Notes: generated by a model from the sequence alone, not told the origin. A stretch of DNA of 64,000 bases from Candidatus Woesearchaeota archaeon (GCA_965205335.1 OZ242164.1:1135750-1199749); one strand, 5' to 3'. Positions 8,601-20,059 are shown, counted from the stretch's first letter. Program-made: numbers and translations.

Positions 8601-10472
8601 CTAAGCCTTCTTCCCTTTCTTACTTGACTTCTTCTTATCTGATTTCTCCTCTGCTTCAACATCAACGACATTGTCATCAGGCTTTGAACCCTCCTTAGAA
8701 TTCTCTTTTGAGGAACTTGCCTTTGCTTGCTGCTCCTGAGCCATCTTGGAATACATCTCCTGAGCTTCCTTTTGAATCTCATCCATTTTTTCCTTGATCT
8801 TTGAAACATTCCTTTTCTCAGCCTTAAGTGTCTCATCCAACTCATTAATCTTTTCAATAACACCTGATGCAACTTTCTGATCCACCTTATCCTTATTTTC
8901 ATCAAGAGTCTTCTTAGTCTGGTAAACCAACTGCTCTGCAGAATTCACAGTTTCAATCTCTTCCTTTCTCTTCTTATCTTCATCTGCATGCTTTTCAGCT
9001 TCCTTTTGCATTTTCTCAATTTCCTCCTTAGAAAGATTTGTTGATGCTACAATCTTAACCGACTGTTCCTTTCCTGTTCCCAAATCCTTGGCGCAGACAT
9101 TCACAATACCATTAGCGTCAATATCAAAAGTAACCTCAATCTGTGGAACTCCCCTTGGAGCAGGTGGAATACCTTCAAGATTAAAAGAACCAATAGCCTT
9201 GTTATCATTAAACATAGCCCTCTCTCCCTGTCCTATACGAATAGTTACAGCCGCCTGATTATCCTCTGCTGTTGAATAAACCTGAGACTTCTTTGTAGGA
9301 ATAGTTGTATTCTTTTCAATCATCTTCGTAAAAACACCGCCAAGAGTTTCAATACCAAGACTTAACGGAGTAACATCAAGCAATAAAACATCCTTAATCT
9401 CTCCTGCTAAAACTCCTCCCTGAATAGCTGCTCCTAGTGCAACCGCCTCATCAGGATTAACAGACTTATCCGCCTGCTTTCCACTTATCTCCTTTACTAA
9501 ATCAGAAACTGCAGGAGTTCTTGTTGAACCTCCAACTAAAAGAACCTTATCAATCTCTGATAACTTCAACTTTGAATCCTTAATTGCTTGCTCTGTTGGT
9601 TTTCTTAACTTATCTAAAATAGGAGAAATAAGTTCATTAAACTTAGCCCTTGTAATCTTCATTTCAAGATGCTTTGGCCCATTAGCATCTGCTGTAATAA
9701 AAGGCTCACTAATCTCCGTTTCCAATTTAGATGACAGCTCAATCTTTGATTTCTCTGTTGCTGTTTTCAGCCTCTGAGCTGCCTGAGGATCTTCTCTTAA
9801 ATCAATCCCATGTTCCTTCTTGAACTCATCTGCAACATAATCAATAAGAATCTTATCAATATCATCTCCTCCCAAATGATTATCTCCTGCTGTTGCTTTT
9901 ACTTCAAAAACTCCATTATCAAGTTCAAGAACTGAAACATCAAAAGTTCCACCTCCAAAATCAAACACTAAAACATTATGTGCACCAGTTTTATCTATAC
10001 CATAAGCAAGAGCTGCCGCAGTTGGTTCATTAATAATTCTCTCAACCTCAAAACCTGCAATCTTACCTGCATCCTTTGTTGCCTGTCTTTGCGAATCACT
10101 AAAATATGCCGGAACTGTAATTACTGCCTTTTTAATATCTTCTCCAAGATAATCCTGTGCATCCTTTTTAATCTTGCTCAAAGTCATTGCTGAAATCTCT
10201 TGAGGTGTATAATCCTTTCCATGAATATTTACCTTATAATCCTCTCCCATATGTGTTTTAATTGATAAAACTGTTTCATTGGGCTTAACTACTGCTTGTT
10301 TCTTAGCAGGCTCTCCCACTATTCTCTCCCCATCCTTTGAAATATGAACAACAGATGGAGTGGTCCTTGTCCCTTCCAAATTTGGAATAACTACCGGATT
10401 TCCTGATTCAATGATTGAGAAACACGAATTTGTTGTTCCCAAATCAATCCCTAATATTTTTTCTTTTGCCAT
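8601..10472 (-). CDS. dnaK: chaperone DnaK (Hsp70)
   Basis: [49 protein letters not shown]; likely start MAKEK at 10472. Confidence 0.98.
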   Translation of the reverse strand: MAKEKILGIDLGTTNSCFSIIESGNPVVIPNLEGTRTTPSVVHISKDGERIVGEPAKKQAVVKPNETVLSIKTHMGEDYKVNIHGKDYTPQEISAMTLSKIKKDAQDYLGEDIKKAVITVPAYFSDSQRQATKDAGKIAGFEVERIINEPTAAALAYGIDKTGAHNVLVFDFGGGTFDVSVLELDNGVFEVKATAGDNHLGGDDIDKILIDYVADEFKKEHGIDLREDPQAAQRLKTATEKSKIELSSKLETEISEPFITADANGPKHLEMKITRAKFNELISPILDKLRKPTEQAIKDSKLKLSEIDKVLLVGGSTRTPAVSDLVKEISGKQADKSVNPDEAVALGAAIQGGVLAGEIKDVLLLDVTPLSLGIETLGGVFTKMIEKNTTIPTKKSQVYSTAEDNQAAVTIRIGQGERAMFNDNKAIGSFNLEGIPPAPRGVPQIEVTFDIDANGIVNVCAKDLGTGKEQSVKIVASTNLSKEEIEKMQKEAEKHADEDKKRKEEIETVNSAEQLVYQTKKTLDENKDKVDQKVASGVIEKINELDETLKAEKRNVSKIKEKMDEIQKEAQEMYSKMAQEQQAKASSSKENSKEGSKPDDNVVDVEAEEKSDKKKSSKKGKKA

Positions 10473-10696
10473 TTTCTTAAATATCATTAAATTTTACGTT
10501 TTTGATAAAAGCAACTAATTAATTTTAATTTATAAATCTTATTATTTTTTAACAAAACTGAAAAAAACAAAGAAAAATAAGAATTTGTGATAATACTAAT
10601 ATGATCTACTTTAATTCATAATTTGCAAAATTAGAAACTCGACATAATTATTAAAACACTAAATTTATATACTGATTTAAACTTTTTCTAAATAAA

Positions 10697-11179
10697 ATGA
10701 CAATAGAACGAACATTTACCATGATTAAGCCTGATGGCGTTCAGAGACAAATAGTAGGAGAAATAATCACAAGATTTGAGAAAATAGGATTAAAACTAGT
10801 TGGTATGAAATTCATCCATGTAGATGCAGAATTTTCAAAAAAGCATTACTCAGAACATATTGGCAAACCATTCTACAAAGGACTTGAAGACTTATTAGTA
10901 AGCGGTCCCGTTGTTGCTATGGTTTGGGAAGGTGCTAAAGCAGTTGAATTAGTTCGTAAAATGGTTGGTTCAACTGAACCTGCAAACTCCCAGTCAGGTA
11001 CAATTAGAGGAGATTATGCCCATATGAGTTATGCAAGAGCAGACGAATTAAACATAGGAGTTCCAAACTTAATTCACGCCTCAGACTCTTTGGAAAATGC
11101 CCAGAAAGAAATATCTTTGTGGTTTAGCGAATCTGAGATATTTGACAATTACGAAACAGTGCATTCAAAATTCATGTAA
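10697..11179 (+). CDS. ndk: nucleoside diphosphate kinase
   Basis: [26 protein letters not shown]. Confidence 0.97.
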   Translation: MTIERTFTMIKPDGVQRQIVGEIITRFEKIGLKLVGMKFIHVDAEFSKKHYSEHIGKPFYKGLEDLLVSGPVVAMVWEGAKAVELVRKMVGSTEPANSQSGTIRGDYAHMSYARADELNIGVPNLIHASDSLENAQKEISLWFSESEIFDNYETVHSKFM

Positions 11180-11221
11180 ACTAAATTGAAAGGAAGAATA
11201 AATTAGGTTATACAATCATTT

Positions 11222-11695
11222 CTATTTTTTAAACTTCTTAACAATGCCATATAAAACCAATCCAAAAATACAACCTTGGATAGCACCGTAGATAGCACCC
11301 AAAAAAGCACCAAAAATAGCAAGAATAATTGTAATAGTAACTGAGTAAGCAACATCTACTCCTGTAGCAACAATAAATGCTAAGATAAAAACGGTAAAAA
11401 TAAGAACTATGATAACACTAATAATTGTTTCAGTAATGCAGCAAACCATAACACATCTTCCTAATGAATCCACTTTATATTTATAGCATAAAAATCCAAG
11501 AACAGCACCAAAAATAGCAGCAGAAACAATTCCAATTATAGTAGCAATAATATATACAGCAGAATCAAAAGAAATAATCATGTAGATAAGATTCATAATA
11601 ACTCCGAAAATAACGCTTATTATAGCGTAACTAATAGCACCCCATATAGCACCGTCCCAACCATTCCTGAACAGAAATTTATTTTTATTAACCAT
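11222..11695 (-). CDS. multi-pass membrane protein, Gly/Ala-rich helices
   Basis: ~4 hydrophobic segments. Confidence 0.65.
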   Translation of the reverse strand: MVNKNKFLFRNGWDGAIWGAISYAIISVIFGVIMNLIYMIISFDSAVYIIATIIGIVSAAIFGAVLGFLCYKYKVDSLGRCVMVCCITETIISVIIVLIFTVFILAFIVATGVDVAYSVTITIILAIFGAFLGAIYGAIQGCIFGLVLYGIVKKFKK

Positions 11696-11778
11696 AAAAC
11701 TCTATACAACTTTACTAATTAATAAACTTTTCCTCTCTATGACGTAGACGTATAAATCTGTCCAAAACAAAACCTTAC

Positions 11779-12363
11779 TCAAACTCCTAAACTTATCAGA
11801 ATATAATTAAAGTAAAGAGTTACAATAATTAACATAAAAATAAGTTTAATTAAAACAATACTCGCCAAAACTCTCTGCCATATAGTTTTATAATAATTCT
11901 TTAAATTAACTACTAAATTGACGAAATAATACACAAACAGAATAGACATTAAAATCTTTAAAAATAACAAAATTTCATCATTGTATATCATATTCATCAC
12001 CAACCATACAACATTCAATAAAATAATAAAATGCATTGAAACAACAAAAAATACTAAATACCCTTCCCAGAAATGATAAGGCTTGCCCTCAAAAGCAATA
12101 AGAAATAAATTCAGAAGAAAATAAACTATAAAAAGTGCTATTGGCACACCGATAACACCTAAAAGAATTTGATTCATTACAGAAACATATGTACTAAGAG
12201 CGATTACAACATTAACAATAGCAAGAACTCCAAGCAAAACCAAACAATAAATAAGCAGATTAGAAGTTCTAAACTTGCTTGCAAATATTTTCATATTGTA
12301 TAATGACTTAAAAAAATCAAAAATCCCTAACTCTTTTTTTAAAGATTTCACTACCATAAACAA
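11779..12363 (-). CDS. multi-pass membrane protein (possibly Yip1-like)
   Basis: ~5 hydrophobic segments. Confidence 0.6.
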   Translation of the reverse strand: MFMVVKSLKKELGIFDFFKSLYNMKIFASKFRTSNLLIYCLVLLGVLAIVNVVIALSTYVSVMNQILLGVIGVPIALFIVYFLLNLFLIAFEGKPYHFWEGYLVFFVVSMHFIILLNVVWLVMNMIYNDEILLFLKILMSILFVYYFVNLVVNLKNYYKTIWQRVLASIVLIKLIFMLIIVTLYFNYILISLGV

Positions 12364-12412
12364 ATTATAAAAGATTATTTTATAAACTTTTTCTTTCTAA
12401 AGTATTAGTTAA

Positions 12413-12913
12413 ATGAAAAAAAAGGCTCAGGTTAAATTTGGAGAAACAATAGGGATAATAATCATAGTATATATTGTTTTAATGCTTGGACTTCTTTGGT
12501 ATAATGATGTCAATTCTGATAGTTTAGATGAATTGTATAAAGGAGACCAAAAAAGCAGAGGATTTGAAAAATACTACTATATCACAAATAACCACATGCT
12601 CCGTGAGGCTCAACAAGGTTCTATTGATGAAGAATTTAATCTTGAATCAATTCATGCAATGAATATATACTCTAAATCTAAAAATGGAAATGATTACTTA
12701 TATAAATTCTTAGGATATTCAAATGTAAGTATAAAATATTATGATGCTAATCTGGAAAATCACCAAGTAATAGAAATTTATTCAAATGTTCCAGATAGCA
12801 GTAACATAAATGACGAAGAAATATTTAGAACATTAATTCCAATAGTTGATAAATCAAATAATACAGTACTAATTGGAGTATTAGAATTAATTAATTATGA
12901 ACTTAAAAGATAG
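12413..12913 (+). CDS. type IV pilin-like protein (class III signal peptide)
   Basis: MKKKAQ|VKFGETIGIIIIV.. basic-KAQ followed by hydrophobic helix. Confidence 0.7.
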   Translation: MKKKAQVKFGETIGIIIIVYIVLMLGLLWYNDVNSDSLDELYKGDQKSRGFEKYYYITNNHMLREAQQGSIDEEFNLESIHAMNIYSKSKNGNDYLYKFLGYSNVSIKYYDANLENHQVIEIYSNVPDSSNINDEEIFRTLIPIVDKSNNTVLIGVLELINYELKR

Positions 12914-13043
12914 TTTAAATTTCTCTATAAAATATTTAATAAACTCTTAAAATTTCAAAACCTGAATAAAAAATCATACTTAATTATAATTTTCACATAT
13001 AATTAATAAAAAATTATATATAATACTTATCATAAACTCTTTT

Positions 13044-15095
13044 ATGGCTCAAGCATTAGATAGCAAAAAACTAATGAAAGAATTTCATAATTTCTTTGAA
13101 GAACATATGAGATCACAAATTAGAGAAGCTATTCACAGTGAGAAAGATACACTTCACATAAATTTCTTTGACATTTCAGAATATGACATAGAATTAGGAG
13201 ACCAACTTCTTGAATATCCACAAGATGTTCTAAAAATTATGGATGAAACACTTAAACAATTCTCTGAAGATGATAATTCAAATCACTTAAAAGCAAGACT
13301 TACCTCCCTTCCTAAAACAGAACACCTAATGATTAGAGACATTCGCTCAGAGCATTTGGGAAAACTTATATTAGTTGAAGGACTTGTAATAAGGAAAACA
13401 GATGTAAGGCCCAGACTAACGCATATTGAATATCTATGCACAAACCCGGACTGCACTTACTCACAGGAAAAATTAAGAATTCCCCAGATTGAAGAAAAAG
13501 CTAAAAAATTGAAAGCATGTGTTAGATGCAAAGCCCCAATTGAAATTGTAAACAGGGTGCTTGTAGATTCTCAGAACCTTCTCTTAGGTGAAATTCCCGA
13601 GCAGTTAAAAAACTCAGCAGACCAGCCAAGAAGAATAAATGTATTACTAAGTGAAGATTTAGTTAGTCCTTTCAAAGATTCTCGAACAAACCCAGGGGCA
13701 AAAGTATATGTTGTTGGGACAGTTAAAGAAATTCCAAAACAAACCAGAACAGGAGCAGACAGTGTAAACTATGATATTATTATTGATGGGCATTATATAG
13801 ATTTATCCCAGAAAGATTACTCAGAAATTAAAATTAGCAAAGAAGAAGAAGAAAAAATTAAAGAATTATCAAAAAAAGATAATGTGTATGATATTTTAAC
13901 AGAGAACTTTGCTCCTTCAATCTTTGGGTATAACAGGGTTAAAGAAGCTATCCTACTTCAGTTATTTGGAGGTTCTCCTAAGGAGAAAGAAGATGGAGTA
14001 AGAGTTAGAGGTGATATTCATGTATTATTAATTGGAGACCCAGGGGCCGCTAAATCGCAAATGCTTAAAGCTGCAACAAGAATAGCCCCCAAATCATCAT
14101 TTGTATCAGGAAAATCAGCAACAGGTGTTGGAATGGTTGCAGCGGTTGTGCGTGATGATTTAACAAAAGGATGGGCATTAGAAGCAGGAGCCTTAGTTTT
14201 AGCATCAGGCGGGCTTGCCTCAATAGATGAAATGGATAAAATGTCTGATGATGACACATCCGCTATGCATGAGGCATTAGAACAGCAAACAGTATCAATC
14301 GCTAAAGCAAACATTCAGGCAACATTAAGATGTCAAACAACAGTATTAGGTGCGGCAAATCCCAAATTTGGAAGATTTGATCCTTATGGTGATATTGCAA
14401 AACAAATTGACTTTCCGCCAACTCTACTTTCAAGATTTGATCTTATATTTGTTTTAAGAGACATTCCCGATAAGAAAAGAGATGACTTAATTGCAGACCA
14501 TATTCTTCAAACAAATAAGGATACATCAAAAACAATTACAGATCTTGAACCTGATTTTATTAAAAAATTTATTGCGTATGCAAAAGAGAATTGCAATCCC
14601 ATTCTAACTCAGGAGGCAATAACTAAAATAAGAGAATTTTATGTGAAAATTAGATCAAGTGGTGCTGATAATGAAGAGTCAGGCGTTAAATCTGTTCCAA
14701 TTACAGCAAGACAACTTGAAGCTATTGTAAGACTCTCAGAAGCCTACGCTAAGATTAAACTAGATAATATCATTAAAGTTGAATATGCTCAGAAGGCAAT
14801 TGATATGATTATGTATTGCTTAGAAAAAATCGGAATAGACCCGAAAACAGGTGAACTTGATATTGACAGAATTACAACAGGAGTTACAGCAACAACCCGA
14901 AATCAATACAAAACAATTAATGATATTATTGACAGACTGGAAACAGAAAAACCAGACATTAGTTATGACGATATTTGTGAGCAGGCAGACAAAACAAATG
15001 TTCCAAGAAAAGAAGTGGCGAGAATTCTTGACAAATTAAAACAAGAAGGAATAATTTATGAACCAAGAAAAAATATTTACAAAAAACTCTTATAG
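13044..15095 (+). CDS. mcm: MCM replicative helicase
   Basis: Zn finger C..PDC...C.RC, RGDIHVLLIGDPG.AKSQ, IDEMDKM, HEALEQQT.SIAKA, SRFDL, ITARQLE. Confidence 0.98.
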   Translation: MAQALDSKKLMKEFHNFFEEHMRSQIREAIHSEKDTLHINFFDISEYDIELGDQLLEYPQDVLKIMDETLKQFSEDDNSNHLKARLTSLPKTEHLMIRDIRSEHLGKLILVEGLVIRKTDVRPRLTHIEYLCTNPDCTYSQEKLRIPQIEEKAKKLKACVRCKAPIEIVNRVLVDSQNLLLGEIPEQLKNSADQPRRINVLLSEDLVSPFKDSRTNPGAKVYVVGTVKEIPKQTRTGADSVNYDIIIDGHYIDLSQKDYSEIKISKEEEEKIKELSKKDNVYDILTENFAPSIFGYNRVKEAILLQLFGGSPKEKEDGVRVRGDIHVLLIGDPGAAKSQMLKAATRIAPKSSFVSGKSATGVGMVAAVVRDDLTKGWALEAGALVLASGGLASIDEMDKMSDDDTSAMHEALEQQTVSIAKANIQATLRCQTTVLGAANPKFGRFDPYGDIAKQIDFPPTLLSRFDLIFVLRDIPDKKRDDLIADHILQTNKDTSKTITDLEPDFIKKFIAYAKENCNPILTQEAITKIREFYVKIRSSGADNEESGVKSVPITARQLEAIVRLSEAYAKIKLDNIIKVEYAQKAIDMIMYCLEKIGIDPKTGELDIDRITTGVTATTRNQYKTINDIIDRLETEKPDISYDDICEQADKTNVPRKEVARILDKLKQEGIIYEPRKNIYKKLL

Positions 15096-15158
15096 ATTCA
15101 ATTATAAAATAAAAACTTGTAATTATTCATAATGGAAAATGCGAGAATCCTGATTAAA

Positions 15159-15605
15159 TCAGAATTTATTTTCATATTTTTTAAGAGCATAAGGAAGTTG
15201 AGAATGCAGATTAGAAGGAAGTGAATCCTTTGTAAACCAACCTATATCATCAAACTTGTGGGGTTCACCTATTTTTACCATATCTCTATCAACAAGAACT
15301 TTAAAATCAAGTGCAACCCAATGAGTTTTAGTGCCATCTCCTAATTCCCTATGAACATCCCTATATCCTAAAAATTCATACTCAATAACATCTGTGCAAT
15401 ATTCTTCCTTTATTTCCTTTCTTAGAGTCTCTTTAATAGAATCTCCGAATTCAAGTGCTCCACTTCCACAATCCCATTTCCCATTTTCATCTCTACAATT
15501 TGCACTTCTTTTAGCAAGTAATAACTTCCCATTATTATCAAAGCAGAAATAAACAACACAAATTCCAGTATAATCCACTCCTTTTTTCATAATAAAAATC
15601 CCCAA
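15159..15605 (-). CDS. NUDIX hydrolase
   Basis: G.LEFGD..ETLRKEIKEE Nudix box; EPHK...GWF. Confidence 0.85.
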   Translation of the reverse strand: MGIFIMKKGVDYTGICVVYFCFDNNGKLLLAKRSANCRDENGKWDCGSGALEFGDSIKETLRKEIKEEYCTDVIEYEFLGYRDVHRELGDGTKTHWVALDFKVLVDRDMVKIGEPHKFDDIGWFTKDSLPSNLHSQLPYALKKYENKF

Positions 15606-15659
15606 TAAATTATCAATTATAAGCTTATCCTAATTAGTAATATTTTACACATTCCTTTC

Positions 15660-15995
15660 TTATCTAAAGAACTTAATAGCCAATGGATAATCCCATAACT
15701 CACCATTAGTTGCTTTAACAATTGCAATAATTGGAAATACAATATTAAGTATTACAAGTGCTATCACAAGAAAAATCCCAATTAATACAAATGTAAGTAT
15801 AAATGAGATGACAAAATATATAAGAAAACTAAATTGCCAGTTCAGAGCTTTTTTAGAATGTTCTTTCAAAGAATCATCTTCCGCCACACAGTATGTAATT
15901 AGAGGCCCAATAAAACCTGTAAGAATTCCAAGCAGATGAGCAAGAAATCCTAAGTCATTATTTGAATTATTTTCTGCCATAATGATTACTATCAA
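15660..15995 (-). CDS. DUF4870-like small membrane protein
   Basis: LAHL.G...GFIGPLI...KEH.K.ALNWQ...KA..GE.W.YPL.I.F. Confidence 0.8.
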   Translation of the reverse strand: MIVIIMAENNSNNDLGFLAHLLGILTGFIGPLITYCVAEDDSLKEHSKKALNWQFSFLIYFVISFILTFVLIGIFLVIALVILNIVFPIIAIVKATNGELWDYPLAIKFFR

Positions 15996-16227
15996 TAATA
16001 TTTATTATAATTCTTTCTATTCACACTTAGGTAAAAATCCCTTAAATAAGCATTTGATAATTAAAATTTCATATTTATTTCAATATTAGATATTTTATAA
16101 GTTTGAAAATTTTTAATGAATAAATTTTATCTATCACCTAAAAAAATTAATCAAATAATTTCCTTATATGCTTAATCAGAAGTACTATCAAAAGTTTTAT
16201 AAATATATTAGCATTAATTTTACCTTA

Positions 16228-16337
16228 GAAGGTTCATATAGCTTCGGGTTACACCTGTTCCCATCTCGAACACAGAAGTTAAGACGAGTTAGCCCAAATG
16301 AGTACTGTTATACAACGGAAAAATTTAGGTGACCTTC
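16228..16337 (+). rRNA. rrf: stand-alone 5S rRNA
   Basis: Terminal helix GAAGGT/ACCTTC; conserved ACACCTGTTCCCATCTCGAACACAGAAGTTAAG; AGTACTG; TTTATAAA box ~32 nt upstream. Confidence 0.9.
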
Positions 16338-16461
16338 ATTTTGAAAAACTAATTCTAAAATTTGTGTTCAACATACTATATATCTATCTTAGAATACAAA
16401 CTAAAAATAAAAAATTATAAAAAATTACTCCAGAAAAAAATTTCCCTTTGCAAATACTTAA

Positions 16462-17868
16462 CTACAATTTCTTAACTTCTCTCATTAAAATCTTATTAAC
16501 AATCTGGGGTTTTGCAGTTCCCTTAGTTTCTTTCATAACAATTCCCACAATAAAATTTAATGCCTTATTATTCCCATTCTTATAATCATCAACTGCCTTG
16601 GGAGAACCCAAAAGAGCCTTCCTAACCAACTCCTCAATTAACTTTGTATCCTGAATTAAAAGCAAACCTTTCTTATTAACATACTTCTCAACATCAAACT
16701 TCTCATCATACAATTTCTCTAAAACTTTCTGGGTAGTTGTATATGAAATACTTTCCTTTCCTAAAAGTTCAATTAGTTTTGTAATTTCTTCTTTAATATC
16801 TTTCTTTTCCAAATCTATAAAGGACTCACTATGATAATTCAAAACCCTCAAAATTTCTCGCCTTAAAAACAATCCAACCTCTTTTGGATGCAAATTCTTA
16901 TCAACAGCATGCTCAAAAATCTGAGTTAAATACAAATTTGAAACAAGAACCTCGACTGTCTCATCATCAAAACCATATTTAGAATACTTCTCTCTTTTAA
17001 CACATGGCAACTCTGGAAGTTCACTTTTAAGTTTTCTAATAATTTCATCTGATATAACAAGATTGGGAAGATCAGGTTCTGGTGTAAACATATAATCTTG
17101 AGCATTTTCCTTTGATCTCATAAACTCTGTTTCATCAAGTTCCTCATTATAACGTCTTGTTTCCTGCAAAACCTTCTTCCCATTAGAAACTAACTCTTTC
17201 TGCCTTCTAATCTCAGCTTCTGCTGCAGCAACAATATTACTATATGAATTCACATTCTTAATCTCAACCCTTTGGAATCCTGATTTCTTTATTGAAACAT
17301 TAACATCAGATTTAATACCAAATTCTTCATTATAAATATCTAAATACTTTCCAATAAGAATTAATTCTTTAAGCCACTTCTTTAACTTATCTGTTGAATG
17401 AAAATCAGGCATTGTAACGATTTCAGCCAGAGGAAAACCAGCCCTGTTATAATTAATCTCTCCGGTTTTAGGGTCCCATGCTGCAGGATTTTCTTCAAGA
17501 TGAATTTCGCTCATTCTAATTCCATTTAACTTTCCAGAAATTGCATTCTCCTTAATATGCCCTCCTGAAACAGTTCTCTGATACCCAGAAGGCATATCTG
17601 GCCAGACATAGTGTTTTCTCTGAAAATTAGTTCTCTTTGTAATCTTTGAATTGCATACAAGTCCAAGTTTTAAAACTCCAAAAAGTGCTCTCTTATTTGG
17701 GAGCATTGGTTTTGAACCTGGTTGGCTTGTGCACCTTGGACAAATTGTTGTATTAACCTCTGTATTCTTACTTGGAATCCTACAATTGCAGAAAAGTTTC
17801 TCATTTGTTTTAAGATGCATATGAACCTCAAGCCCAATCTTAACATCATGTGAACTTTTTTCACTCAT
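16462..17868 (-). CDS. gatB: Asp/Glu-tRNA amidotransferase subunit B (GatB/GatE family)
   Basis: IGLEVH, KLFC.C, CP.C...PG..P, NRAG.PL.EIVT.PD, RVEIKN.NS, RSKE.A.DY...PEPDLP, Yqey tail. Confidence 0.92.
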   Translation of the reverse strand: MSEKSSHDVKIGLEVHMHLKTNEKLFCNCRIPSKNTEVNTTICPRCTSQPGSKPMLPNKRALFGVLKLGLVCNSKITKRTNFQRKHYVWPDMPSGYQRTVSGGHIKENAISGKLNGIRMSEIHLEENPAAWDPKTGEINYNRAGFPLAEIVTMPDFHSTDKLKKWLKELILIGKYLDIYNEEFGIKSDVNVSIKKSGFQRVEIKNVNSYSNIVAAAEAEIRRQKELVSNGKKVLQETRRYNEELDETEFMRSKENAQDYMFTPEPDLPNLVISDEIIRKLKSELPELPCVKREKYSKYGFDDETVEVLVSNLYLTQIFEHAVDKNLHPKEVGLFLRREILRVLNYHSESFIDLEKKDIKEEITKLIELLGKESISYTTTQKVLEKLYDEKFDVEKYVNKKGLLLIQDTKLIEELVRKALLGSPKAVDDYKNGNNKALNFIVGIVMKETKGTAKPQIVNKILMREVKKL

Positions 17869-18052
17869 AAATTTCCCAATGACAATTAATTTATATATCT
17901 TATTATACAGAATTTATTTAACAGAATTAATAATATTGGTGATGAGAAGAGTTTCCTCCTCCCATCTGGATACCTTAGTAACAAACAACAATTTATAAAT
18001 TTATTCTTTAAGTTTTGCGTTCTTATATAAATAAATAATTATTTTTATAATT

Positions 18053-18913
18053 ATGGATAAAATAATTCTCAAACAGCAGAAAAATGAAATTACTGAATAT
18101 CACATCTATTTAAGACTATCTGAACTAGCAAAAGATGAACATAATGTCAGGATTTTAAAGAAGATTGCTAAGCAGGAATTAAAACATTATGAATTCTGGA
18201 AATCAATAACAAGAAAAGAAATTGCACCAGACAAATTCAGAATTTCATTATATGTCTTTCTTGCAAGATTCGTTGATTTATCATTTGCTCTAAGGTATAT
18301 GGAAAAAGGGGAAGAGAGGGCAAAAAAATTCTATGAAGTAATGAAACATAAATATCCCCAAGTTAAAAAAATCCAAAAAGATGAAGAAGAACATGAGAAC
18401 AAACTAATAGGAATTCTTAATGATGAAAGATTAACTTACTCAAGTTCAATTGTCCTCGGATTAAACGATGCATTAGTTGAATTAACAGGAACATTAGCAG
18501 GTTTAACATTTGCTTTTGGGAACTCTTTAATAGTTGGAATTACCGGACTTATAATGGGAGTTGCGGCGTCACTTTCAATGGCGGCTTCAGAGTATTTATC
18601 AAACGAAGAGGAAGAAACCAAAGACAAAAAATCATCTATAAAATCAGCCTTATATACTTGGATGGCATATATAATATCTGTAGTTCTATTAGTTTCTCCA
18701 TATTTCATATTTGATAAAATAATGCATGCCTTTGCAGTAATGCTTACAATGACAATATTAATAATATTTAGTTATACATTCTACATATCAGTTGCCAAAG
18801 GATTAAGCTTTAAAAAGAAATTCTCTCAAATGGCATTGATTTCACTAAGCGTTGCATTAATTAGTTTCATAATAGGAAGACTTGTAAGCATTTATTTTGG
18901 AATAGAAGTATAA
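18053..18913 (+). CDS. rubrerythrin-domain VIT1/CCC1 family transporter
   Basis: E..H diiron motifs then IVLGLNDALVE.TG.LAG, A.SLSMAASEYL. Confidence 0.9.
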   Translation: MDKIILKQQKNEITEYHIYLRLSELAKDEHNVRILKKIAKQELKHYEFWKSITRKEIAPDKFRISLYVFLARFVDLSFALRYMEKGEERAKKFYEVMKHKYPQVKKIQKDEEEHENKLIGILNDERLTYSSSIVLGLNDALVELTGTLAGLTFAFGNSLIVGITGLIMGVAASLSMAASEYLSNEEEETKDKKSSIKSALYTWMAYIISVVLLVSPYFIFDKIMHAFAVMLTMTILIIFSYTFYISVAKGLSFKKKFSQMALISLSVALISFIIGRLVSIYFGIEV

Positions 18914-19024
18914 AATTTACAAGAGAACCTTTAACATACTTATTAATTCTTTATATTTATACGACTCTTATACAACTCAAGTGTAATATAAAACTATATA
19001 AACTAAAAGTTCGTATAGCACATT

Positions 19025-19849
19025 ATGGATATTGAATCACTTTCCCAAATATTAAAAAAAATTGAAACTGAGATTAAACTTAGGGGATTTTCAAAACAGA
19101 CATCTAAAATGTATGTCTTATACAATCGTCAGTTTTTAGAGCGTACAAAACTTAATCCTAAAAATGTCTGTGATGATGACATTAAATTATTTCTTGCAGA
19201 AAAGTTAGAAGAAGAACTTAGCACCAAATCAATTGCTTTAATTAAAGCCGCTCTCATTTTTTATTATAATGAGATTTTAGGAAATAACTTTGACATAAAA
19301 ACTCCAAAAATTAAAAAATCAACACCAGTTGTTATGACAAAAGAAGAGATTGCAAGATTATTTTCTGTAATTAAAAACAAAAAACACCTTATCATAATGA
19401 AACTATATTATGGCTCAGGCTTTCGTTTATCTGAGGCAATTAGCCTAAAAAAGAAAGATATAGATTTTAATGAGAATGTAATATGGATTCGTGATGGTAA
19501 AGGAGGAAAAGACAGAATGAGCATAATCTCCCAATCTATGTCAAAACAGTTAGAGGAATTCACAGAGCATATTGGAAAAGATGATTTTGTCTTTACAAAT
19601 TCAAGAGGAGATCCCATATCGCAAAGACAGGTCCAGAAAATAATTGAGAAAGCTAAAATAGAAGCAAACATTCAGAAAGACGTTCATATTCACACATTAA
19701 GGCATTCTTTTGCAACTCATTTATTAGAAGCAGGAACGGACATAAGAAAAATTCAGGAACTCTTAGGACATAGCGATTTATCGACAACACAGATTTATAC
19801 AAGAGTAACAAATGAAGAACTAAAAAAAGTCAAAAGTCCGTTAGATTAA
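19025..19849 (+). CDS. xerA: XerA-type tyrosine recombinase
   Basis: LRGFS..T..Y N-domain; G.R.SE, GKGGKDR, HTLRHSFATHLLE.G.DIR.IQELLGH..L.TTQIYT. Confidence 0.9.
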   Translation: MDIESLSQILKKIETEIKLRGFSKQTSKMYVLYNRQFLERTKLNPKNVCDDDIKLFLAEKLEEELSTKSIALIKAALIFYYNEILGNNFDIKTPKIKKSTPVVMTKEEIARLFSVIKNKKHLIIMKLYYGSGFRLSEAISLKKKDIDFNENVIWIRDGKGGKDRMSIISQSMSKQLEEFTEHIGKDDFVFTNSRGDPISQRQVQKIIEKAKIEANIQKDVHIHTLRHSFATHLLEAGTDIRKIQELLGHSDLSTTQIYTRVTNEELKKVKSPLD

Positions 19850-20059
19850 TTCTTGCAGAAGATTTTATTTTCCCTAAATATTATTAAGGAACTTTCTTAA
19901 AACTTTTAATTCCATAGAATTGAGCATAGAATATAATCCTATTATTTAAATAAAAAGACTCAATTAAAAACATTGTAAAGATTAAATATGTGACATTTAT
20001 ACTACTTCATTTTTAGGATATGAAGATGTATCTCTATGTCCATTCTGCATTCTGAGAAC

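Noticed and set aside
8456-8905. 149-aa Arg-rich ORF overlapping the dnaK 3' end
   Set aside because: Alternate frame of the GAG/AAG-rich dnaK tail
17941-17966. RNase P RNA (GAGGAAACTC on the minus strand)
   Set aside because: Region too short and lacks the other conserved helices; kept only as a hairpin
19008-19033. dif/lox-like AGTTCGTATAG-CACA-TTATGGATATT at the xerA start
   Set aside because: Spacer is 4 nt rather than 6 and the arms are poorly symmetric; cannot be supported as dif
19025-19849. Classical integron integrase
   Set aside because: No IntI-specific insertion in the catalytic domain and no attC-like sites recognised; called XerA-type
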